Assembly: GCA_003550665.1 (NCBI GenBank)
Contig: PUKW01000349.1
Span: 1 to 50,379, forward strand
Direction: 5' to 3'
Length of the DNA stretch: 50,379 bases
Source of the DNA: Paracoccaceae bacterium
Lineage (GTDB): Bacteria; Pseudomonadota; Alphaproteobacteria; Rhodobacterales; Rhodobacteraceae
This document shows positions 43,340-50,379 of this stretch, in pieces (within the stretch, counting starts at the first letter, position 1; each line of letters begins with the position of its first letter). The notes beneath the pieces are model-generated. The model was not told the DNA's origin and did not search any database. It saw only the letters and a program-made list of their open reading frames with translations. A program made the position numbers and the translations under genes.

Positions 43340-44839
43340 ATGCAGGAACTGACCCACTGGATCGACGGCAAGCATGTCAAGGGCGGCTCGGGCCGCTTCG
43401 GCGATGTCTACAACCCCGCCACAGGCGAGGTGCAGGCGCGCGTGCCGCTCGCGAGCAAGGACGAACTGGCCGCCGCCGTGCGCACCGCCGCGGCCGCGCA
43501 GGTGAAATGGGGCGCGACGAACCCGCAGCGGCGCGCGCGTGTGCTGATGGAGTTCGTCCGGCTGCTTAACCGCGACATGGACAAGCTCGCCGAGACCCTC
43601 TCGCGCGAGCACGGCAAGACCGTCCCCGACGCCAAGGGCGACATCCAGCGCGGACTCGAGGTGGCCGAGTTCTGCATCGGCGCGCCGCATCTGCTCAAGG
43701 GCGAGTTCACCGACGCCGCCGGCCCCGGCATCGACATGTATTCAATGCGCCAGCCGCTTGGCGTGGTCGCCGGGATCACCCCGTTCAACTTCCCGGCGAT
43801 GATCCCGATGTGGAAATTCGCGCCCGCCATCGCCTGCGGCAACGCCTTCATCCTCAAGCCCTCCGAACGCGACCCCTCCGTGCCGCTGATGCTCGCCGAG
43901 CTGATGAAGGAGGCCGGGCTGCCCGACGGCATCCTGCAGGTCGTCAATGGCGACAAGGAGGCGGTGGACGCGATCCTCGATGACGAGATCATCCAGGGCA
44001 TCGGCTTCGTCGGCTCCACCCCGATCGCCGAATACATCTATGGCCGCGGCTGCGCCAACGGCAAGCGGGTGCAGTGCTTCGGCGGCGCCAAGAACCACAT
44101 GATCGTGATGCCCGACGCCGACATGGACCAGGCCGCCGACGCGCTGGTGGGTGCGGGCTACGGCGCGGCGGGCGAGCGCTGCATGGCGGTGTCGGTCGCG
44201 GTGCCGGTGGGCGAGAAGACCGCCGACAAGCTCGTCGAGAAGCTGGTGCCGCGCATCGAGAAGCTCAAGGTCGGCCCCTACACCGCCGGCGACGATGTCG
44301 ATTACGGCCCCGTCATCACCGCGCAGGCGAAGGAGAAGATCCTCGGACTCGTCGAGTCGGGCATCCAGCAGGGCGCCGAGCTCAAGGTCGATGGCCGCGG
44401 CTTCAAGCTGCAGGGCTACGAGGATGGCTACTTCGTCGGCCCCCACCTGTTCGACCAGGTCACCCCGCAGATGGACATCTACAAGCAGGAGATCTTCGGC
44501 CCCGTCCTGTGCCAGGTGCGCACCGAGAGCTACGAGGAGGCGCTCAAGCTCGCGATGGATAACGAGTATGGCAACGGCATCGCCATCTTCACCCGCGACG
44601 GCGACACCGCGCGCGACTTCTCGAGCCGGATCAATGTCGGCATGGTGGGCGTGAATGTGCCGATCCCGGTGCCGCTGGCCTATCACACCTTCGGTGGCTG
44701 GAAGAAGTCGGGCTTCGGCGATCTCAACCAGCACGGCCCCGACGCCTTCAAGTTCTACACCCGCACCAAGACGGTCACGGCGCGCTGGCCGTCGGGGCTC
44801 AAGGAAGGCGGCGAGTTCCACTTCAAGCAGATGGACTGA
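43340..44839 (+). CDS. mmsA: Methylmalonate-semialdehyde dehydrogenase (CoA-acylating)
   Basis: GITPFNFPAM, KPSERDP, FVGST, GAKNH, GAAGERCMA, EIFGPV, GVNVPIPVP. Confidence 0.97.
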   Translation: MQELTHWIDGKHVKGGSGRFGDVYNPATGEVQARVPLASKDELAAAVRTAAAAQVKWGATNPQRRARVLMEFVRLLNRDMDKLAETLSREHGKTVPDAKGDIQRGLEVAEFCIGAPHLLKGEFTDAAGPGIDMYSMRQPLGVVAGITPFNFPAMIPMWKFAPAIACGNAFILKPSERDPSVPLMLAELMKEAGLPDGILQVVNGDKEAVDAILDDEIIQGIGFVGSTPIAEYIYGRGCANGKRVQCFGGAKNHMIVMPDADMDQAADALVGAGYGAAGERCMAVSVAVPVGEKTADKLVEKLVPRIEKLKVGPYTAGDDVDYGPVITAQAKEKILGLVESGIQQGAELKVDGRGFKLQGYEDGYFVGPHLFDQVTPQMDIYKQEIFGPVLCQVRTESYEEALKLAMDNEYGNGIAIFTRDGDTARDFSSRINVGMVGVNVPIPVPLAYHTFGGWKKSGFGDLNQHGPDAFKFYTRTKTVTARWPSGLKEGGEFHFKQMD

Positions 44840-44901
44840 GCCCGCGCCGCGCCCTTGCCCGGCGGGGGCGCGGCTGTAACAGTGCGTGCGGGAGGAGCCG
44901 C

Positions 44902-46044
44902 ATGGATTTCGCGCTCAGTGAGCAGAGCCGCGCCATCTGCGAGACGGCGCGCGATTTCGGGGCCGAGCGCATCGCGCCCCATGCCCGCGACTGGGAGGCG
45001 GCTGGCACCATACCGCGCGCGCTGTGGCAGGAGCTTGGCGCGCTCGGCTTCGGCGGGCTCTATGTGCGCGAGGACTCGGGCGGCGCGGGGCTGACGCGGC
45101 TCGACGGCACGCTGGTCTTCGAGGCGCTGTCGATGGCCTGCCCGTCAGTCGCGGCGTTCCTGTCGATCCACAACATGTGCGCCGCGATGATCGACCGCCA
45201 CGGCTCGGACGCGCTGCGCGCGCGGCTGCTCGAGCGGGCGGTGAGCATGGAGATCGTGCTCTCCTATTGCCTGACCGAGCCAGGCGCGGGCTCGGACGCG
45301 GCGGCGCTGCGCACTCGCGCGGTCCCCGGGGCCGAGGGCTACGCGATCACCGGCACCAAGGCGTTCATCTCCGGCGGCGGCTATTCGGATGCCTATATCG
45401 TGATGGCGCGCACCGGCGGCGACGGGCCGCGCGGCATCTCGGCGCTGATCGTGGAGGACGGCGCGCCGGGGCTGTCCTTCGGCAAGCTCGAGGACAAGAT
45501 GGGCTGGCGCGCGCAGCCGACGCGGGCGCTGCATTTCGATGCCTGCGCGGTGCCGGCGGCGAACCTTCTCGGCGAGGAGGGGCGCGGCTTTGCCTATGCG
45601 ATGGCCGGGCTCGATGGCGGGCGGCTCAACATCGCGGCCTGCTCGCTCGGCGCGGCACAGGCCGCGCGCGATGCGGCGCTGCGCTACACGGGCGAGCGAG
45701 AAGCCTTCGGCCAGCGGCTCGACGGGTTCCAGGCGCTGCAGTTCAAGCTCGCCGACATGGAGATCGAGCTGCAGGCCGCAAGGGTATTCCTGCGCCAGGC
45801 GGCGTGGAAGCTCGACACCAGCGCGCCGGATGCCACGAAGGCCTGCGCGATGGCCAAGGCCTTCGTCACCGAGGCGGCCGAGCGCGCGGCGGATGCGGCG
45901 TTGCAGCTGCATGGCGGGTATGGCTACCTCGCCGATCACGGCATCGAGAAGATCGTGCGCGACCTGCGCGTGCACCGCATTCTCGAGGGCACCAGCGAAA
46001 TCATGCGCGTGATCACCGCGCGTCACCTCATGGGGGACCGATGA
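44902..46044 (+). CDS. Acyl-CoA dehydrogenase (isobutyryl-CoA dehydrogenase-like)
   Basis: YCLTEPGAGSDAA, GTKAFISGGG, QLHGGYGY, VHRILEGTSEIM; mms operon context. Confidence 0.93.
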   Translation: MDFALSEQSRAICETARDFGAERIAPHARDWEAAGTIPRALWQELGALGFGGLYVREDSGGAGLTRLDGTLVFEALSMACPSVAAFLSIHNMCAAMIDRHGSDALRARLLERAVSMEIVLSYCLTEPGAGSDAAALRTRAVPGAEGYAITGTKAFISGGGYSDAYIVMARTGGDGPRGISALIVEDGAPGLSFGKLEDKMGWRAQPTRALHFDACAVPAANLLGEEGRGFAYAMAGLDGGRLNIAACSLGAAQAARDAALRYTGEREAFGQRLDGFQALQFKLADMEIELQAARVFLRQAAWKLDTSAPDATKACAMAKAFVTEAAERAADAALQLHGGYGYLADHGIEKIVRDLRVHRILEGTSEIMRVITARHLMGDR

Positions 46045-47069
46045 GCGACATTCATATCCGCACCGAGGGCCGCGCCGGGCGCATCACCCTGACCCGCGCC
46101 AAGGCGCTCAACGCGCTCAGTCATCAGATGTGCCACGACATCGACGCGGCGCTGATCGACTGGCGCGACGATGATGCCGTGTCGCTCGTCATCATCGACG
46201 CCGAGGGCGAGAAGGCCTTCTGCGCGGGCGGCGATGTCGCGGCCGTGCAGCGCGCGGGCACGGCGGGCGACTATGCCCTCGGGAGCGATTTCTGGCGCGA
46301 CGAATACCGCATGAATGCGCGCCTTGCCGAATATCCCAAGCCGGTCATTGCCTTCATGCAGGGCTTCGTGATGGGCGGCGGCGTGGGGCTGGGCTGTCAT
46401 GTGTCGCACCGGGTGGTGGGCGACACGGTGCAGATGGCGATGCCGGAATGCGGCATCGGGCTGATCCCGGATGTGGGGGGCACGCTGCTGCTGTCGGCGG
46501 CGCCGGGGCGGCTCGGGGAGTTCCTCGGCCTGACGGGCACGCGCATGGGCGCGGGCGACGCGATCCGCGCGGGGTTCGCGGATCGCTACCTGCCCGAGGC
46601 CGAATGGCCCGAGGTCATCGCCGCGCTCGCCGAGTCGGGCCTCGCCGAGGCGCTGCCGGTGCGCCCGGCCCCTGCCCCGCAGCTGGCGCAGGGCGCGATC
46701 GACACGGCGTTTGCCGCACAGACGGTGCCCGAGATCATCGCCGCCGTGGACGACGCGCCCGACCTCGCGGCGGCGGGCAAGGCGCTCGCGCGGGGCTCGC
46801 CGCTGTCGATGGCCTGCACGCTCGAGATGGTGCGCGCGCAGCGCGGCGACGACGATATCCGCAACGCGCTGATGCGCGAATTCCGCTTCACCTGGCGGTC
46901 GATGGATCAGGGCGACTTCCTCGAGGGGGTGCGCGCGCAGATCATCGACAAGGACCGCACCCCGCGCTGGCGCCATCCCGGCCCCGAGGCGGTCACCGAG
47001 GCCGAGGTTGCGGCGATGCTCGCCCCGCTCGGCGAGGACGAGCTGACTTTCGAGGAGGCGGCGGCATGA
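46041..47069 (+). CDS. 3-hydroxyisobutyryl-CoA hydrolase (enoyl-CoA hydratase/isomerase family)
   Basis: KALNAL, AFCAGGD, VMGGGVG, AMPECGIGLIPDVG, DFLEGVRAQIIDKD..PRW; ATGA overlap with the upstream gene. Confidence 0.93.
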   Translation: MSDIHIRTEGRAGRITLTRAKALNALSHQMCHDIDAALIDWRDDDAVSLVIIDAEGEKAFCAGGDVAAVQRAGTAGDYALGSDFWRDEYRMNARLAEYPKPVIAFMQGFVMGGGVGLGCHVSHRVVGDTVQMAMPECGIGLIPDVGGTLLLSAAPGRLGEFLGLTGTRMGAGDAIRAGFADRYLPEAEWPEVIAALAESGLAEALPVRPAPAPQLAQGAIDTAFAAQTVPEIIAAVDDAPDLAAAGKALARGSPLSMACTLEMVRAQRGDDDIRNALMREFRFTWRSMDQGDFLEGVRAQIIDKDRTPRWRHPGPEAVTEAEVAAMLAPLGEDELTFEEAAA

Positions 47070-47938
47070 AGATCGGATTCGTCGGGCTGGGCAACATGGG
47101 CGGGCCGATGGCGGCCAATCTGGCGACGGCGGGGCACGAGGTCACCGGCTTCGACCCCGCCGCGCCGATGCCCGAGGGGGTGCAGGCCGCTGCGAGCGGC
47201 GCCGACGCCGCGCGCGGCGCCGAGGTCGTGATCACCATGCTGCCCAATGGCGACATCCTGCGCCGGGTCGCCGCCGAGCTGATCCCGGCGATGGCGCCGG
47301 GAATGGTGTTGCTCGACTGCTCGACGGTCGATGTCGACAGCGCGCGCGCCGTCGCCGCCGAGGCCGAGGCCGCCGGGGTGCTGACAGTGGATGCGCCCGT
47401 CTCGGGCGGCGTGGGCGGCGCGCAGGGCGGCACGCTGACCTTCATGGCGGGCGGGCCGGTGGAGGCGTTCGACCGCGTCGCCCCGCTGCTCGACGTGATG
47501 GGTCGCAAGGCCGTGCATTGCGGCCCCGCCGGCGCGGGCCAGTCGGCCAAGATCTGCAACAACATGATCCTAGGGGCGACGATGATCGTCACCTGCGAGG
47601 CCTTCGCGCTGGCCGACAAGCTCGGCCTCGACCGGCAGGCGATGTATGACGTGGTCTCGACGTCGTCGGGGCAGAGCTGGTCGATAACGACCTACTGCCC
47701 CGCCCCCGGCATCGGCCCGCAGAGCCCCGCCGACAACGACTACACCCCCGGCTTCGCCGCAGAGCTCATGCTCAAGGATCTGCGCCTTGCCCAGCAGGCC
47801 GCCGAGAGCGCGGATGCCGACACGCCGGTGGGCGCGCTGGCGATGCAGCTCTATGAGCACTTCGTCGAGCAGGAGGGGGCGACGGGCAGGGATTTCTCGG
47901 CCATGCTCGAGCGCTTCGCGGGGCGCGGGCGCGGCTAG
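47066..47938 (+). CDS. mmsB: 3-hydroxyisobutyrate dehydrogenase
   Basis: IGFVGLGNMGGPMA, DAPVSGG, AKICNN, GFAAELMLKDL, DFS; GAGGAGG RBS. Confidence 0.96.
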   Translation: MKIGFVGLGNMGGPMAANLATAGHEVTGFDPAAPMPEGVQAAASGADAARGAEVVITMLPNGDILRRVAAELIPAMAPGMVLLDCSTVDVDSARAVAAEAEAAGVLTVDAPVSGGVGGAQGGTLTFMAGGPVEAFDRVAPLLDVMGRKAVHCGPAGAGQSAKICNNMILGATMIVTCEAFALADKLGLDRQAMYDVVSTSSGQSWSITTYCPAPGIGPQSPADNDYTPGFAAELMLKDLRLAQQAAESADADTPVGALAMQLYEHFVEQEGATGRDFSAMLERFAGRGRG

Positions 47939-48015
47939 GCGATCCCTCGCGCAATGCGCCATCCGGGGCTTGCGGTGCGTGCGCCGATCCTGCACGCGCC
48001 ATTCGGGAGCCAGTC

Positions 48016-48348
48016 ATGCGCCATCTTCTCTCCGCCACGCTGATCGGGGCGGGTCTTCTCGCCGCAGGAGCCGCCACCGCGCAACCCGCGCACTGCCCGC
48101 CGGGGCTGGCCAAGAAGAACCCGCCCTGCGTGCCGCCGGGACAGGCGCGCCAGGGTGTCACCGTGGGCGCGCAACTGCCGCCCGGCGTGGACTATATCAT
48201 CCTCGGCGAAGAGGAGCTGCGCCGCCTCGGCCTCGCGCCGCAGCCCGGTATCCGCTACATCGTCGTCGACAACGAGGTGTTCCGCATCGCCGACGCGACG
48301 CGCAAGGTGCTCGACGCCATCGGCGCGGTGCAGGCGCTCACGCGCTGA
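48016..48348 (+). CDS. Small exported protein with CPPGLAKK motif (RcnB-like)
   Basis: Signal peptide, HCPPGLAKKNPPCVPPGQA, RYIVVDNEVFRI; GGAG RBS. Confidence 0.8.
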   Translation: MRHLLSATLIGAGLLAAGAATAQPAHCPPGLAKKNPPCVPPGQARQGVTVGAQLPPGVDYIILGEEELRRLGLAPQPGIRYIVVDNEVFRIADATRKVLDAIGAVQALTR

Positions 48349-48351
48349 GCC

Positions 48352-49758
48352 TCAGGCGGGCTCGGGGCTGCGCGCCGCCGATGCCGCGGCCTCCTGCGCG
48401 ATGGTGCGCCCCTCCGTGAAGTTGATCAGGTCCACCATGGTGAAATCGCCCGGATCGGCGCGCGGCAGGGTCGGGGTCCAGTGCGGCGCCGAATGCAGGT
48501 AGGAGGCCGGATCATGCGTCAGCAACGCGAGGAAGGTCCGCCCGACGATCTGCGCGCCCACCCCGGCGAGATGGGTGCCGCAGGTCATCACCTCGGCCTC
48601 GCGCAGGATGTAATACCACAGAGGCGCCGGCCCGTGCCCGCCCGCCGTGCTCCAGATCTGGTCGTTGTTGAGCCGCTCCGAAGGTGACAGCATGGCCTCG
48701 GCCACGACCTGCCCGGAGGGCAGCCGCGCATCGAGCCCGCGCTGCAGGTTGCGCGCCGCGACCGAGCGCGGCGCGCCGGGCACCACCCCGTCGGGCAGGT
48801 TGAGCATCGGCGTGGCGATCTTCGTGTCGATCATCATCCCGGCCTGGGCCTGCGGCTCGCCGCCAAAGAAGAACGCCCAATCGACGGTGCGCTCGGCCGG
48901 CACCGGCTTGAAGCCGCGCAGATCGGGCGCCCCGGCCGGGCCGTCCGGCACCGGAAAGAGCAGCCCGCCCACCCCCTCGCGCAGCGTGTAGCCCGACCGC
49001 ACCTGGCTGTGGCCGAAGCGGAAGCCCGCAACGCTGAACTCCACCGGGATAAAGGGATCGACATCGGACGGGTAGCCGAACGGGTTATGCGCCGTCAGCG
49101 CCGCGACGACCTGCTCGCCGATGGTGCGCGGCAGGAACTCGTGCAGCACGATCCACTGGTAGTGCCGCCGCACGATGGTCTGCGCCTCGAGGAAGCGCTC
49201 GGAGGCGGGCGCGTCCGGGTCGGTCTGGCTCTCCACGACGCGGTTGTGGAACTTCAGGAACAGCAGGTGCAGCTGCGAGATGAGCAGGTTCTCGTCATTG
49301 CGGTGATCGCCGATCAGCGCGCGGCCGTGGCGCGTGCGCGGCAGATCGCCGCCATCCTCCGAGAGCATGAAGCGCATCCCGTCGGGCTCGTAGAGATAGG
49401 GCTGCATGTCCGGCCCGCGCCCGTAGAGCGAGTCGAGTTCGAGCGCCGGGGTGCGGAAATTGTGCGTGGCGTCCACGTCGATCTGGCGTTCGAGGATCGA
49501 GGTCGCGTCGAGCGTGATGTCATGGTCGATGAACTGGCCGAGGAAGGTGTAGCCGGCCTTGATGCGCGGATTGTCCTGCGAGGTGTCATCCGGCGGGGTG
49601 AGCCCGCCATCCATCGGTCCGCCGACCGCGCCGAGCGCCTCGGGGCCGGGGTGAAAATACTGCAGGCAGGGCGCGGCCGGAAACATGCGCCCGAAACGTC
49701 CGGACACCGCGAAGCTGCCCGCGGGCGCCTGAAGCCCGCGAAGTTCGAAACCGTGCAT
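48352..49758 (-). CDS. Animal-type heme peroxidase (peroxidase-cyclooxygenase superfamily)
   Basis: FLGQFIDHD (distal His), LDSLYG, GDHRNDEN (distal Arg), FRFGHSQV (proximal His), RNLQRG, PLWYYILREAE. Confidence 0.9.
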   Translation of the reverse strand: MHGFELRGLQAPAGSFAVSGRFGRMFPAAPCLQYFHPGPEALGAVGGPMDGGLTPPDDTSQDNPRIKAGYTFLGQFIDHDITLDATSILERQIDVDATHNFRTPALELDSLYGRGPDMQPYLYEPDGMRFMLSEDGGDLPRTRHGRALIGDHRNDENLLISQLHLLFLKFHNRVVESQTDPDAPASERFLEAQTIVRRHYQWIVLHEFLPRTIGEQVVAALTAHNPFGYPSDVDPFIPVEFSVAGFRFGHSQVRSGYTLREGVGGLLFPVPDGPAGAPDLRGFKPVPAERTVDWAFFFGGEPQAQAGMMIDTKIATPMLNLPDGVVPGAPRSVAARNLQRGLDARLPSGQVVAEAMLSPSERLNNDQIWSTAGGHGPAPLWYYILREAEVMTCGTHLAGVGAQIVGRTFLALLTHDPASYLHSAPHWTPTLPRADPGDFTMVDLINFTEGRTIAQEAAASAARSPEPA

Positions 49759-49890
49759 GGGTCATCCCCCTTGGAGGCGCGCCGGCGGGAGCGCACACAC
49801 GCCCGGGGCGCAGTTGACAGGACAGTTTTTAGTAGTGGCGAAAATTACTCCGAATCGCCCTGTCGCGCAACAAGTATTCGTTAACACAGC

Positions 49891-50379
49891 CTATTGCGCA
49901 GCAACACTGCGCGGGGCCAGCATCGCGCGCAGGTAGCGCCCGGTATGGCTGCGCTCCACCGCGGCGACCTCCTCGGGGGTGCCCGTCGCCACGATCTCGC
50001 CGCCGCCATCGCCGCCCTCGGGGCCGATATCGATGATCCAGTCGGCGGTCTTGATGACGTCGAGATTGTGCTCGATGACGATCACCGTGTTGCCGGCATC
50101 GACGAGCTCGTGCAGCACCTCCAGAAGCGCGCGCACATCGTCGAAATGCAGCCCCGTGGTGGGCTCATCGAGGATGTAGAGCGTGCGCCCGGTCGAGCGG
50201 CGGGCGAGCTCCTTCGAGAGCTTTACGCGCTGCGCCTCGCCGCCCGACAGGGTCGTCGCCTGCTGGCCAACCTTGATGTAGCCGAGCCCCACCCGCATCA
50301 GCGCATCCATCTTCTCGCGGATCGAGGGGACGGCGGCGAAGAAGTCCTGCGCCTCTTCCACCGTCATGTCGAGAACACC
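49891..50379 (-). CDS. uvrA: Excinuclease ABC subunit A, 3' part (5' end outside the window)
   Basis: [56 protein letters not shown]. Confidence 0.97.
   Translation of the reverse strand, partial: GVLDMTVEEAQDFFAAVPSIREKMDALMRVGLGYIKVGQQATTLSGGEAQRVKLSKELARRSTGRTLYILDEPTTGLHFDDVRALLEVLHELVDAGNTVIVIEHNLDVIKTADWIIDIGPEGGDGGGEIVATGTPEEVAAVERSHTGRYLRAMLAPRSVAAQ

Noticed and set aside
18544-49758. NOX-like reductase and heme peroxidase as a split DUOX-like system
   Set aside because: They are about 28 kb apart with core genes between them, share no regulatory motif and probably act in different compartments; unsupported.

Overview
High-GC alphaproteobacterial chromosome segment. The gene order (ctrA-sciP-mnmA beside ligA-recG; pyrH-frr-uppS-cdsA-dxr-rseP-bamA-skp-fabZ-lpxA-lpxI-lpxB) points to Rhodobacteraceae, and the very acidic exported proteins suggest a halophile. 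Most of the window is core housekeeping: purB, acnA, trmFO, gluQ, hisI, recG, ligA, ctrA, sciP, mnmA, the envelope/lipid A cluster, miaA, a peptide-type ABC transporter, coaD, a LysR-linked valine/isobutyrate catabolism operon and the 3' end of uvrA. The most interesting item is absent from the ORF track. It is a 40-aa hydrophobic ORF (11619-11741, minus strand) downstream of recG, with alphaproteobacterial LexA boxes over its putative promoter and a highly structured 3' region ending in a terminator: a candidate SOS-induced small membrane protein plus sRNA module. Other notable items: tandem NrdR-like boxes upstream of an HNH nuclease, a 109-bp CTAG-bounded palindromic element whose ends form the stop codons of two convergent redox genes, a phenol-monooxygenase-like gene remnant, and an animal-type heme peroxidase. 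No rRNA, tRNA, CRISPR array, transposase or prophage was recognised. All calls come from reading motifs by eye; no database searches were run.
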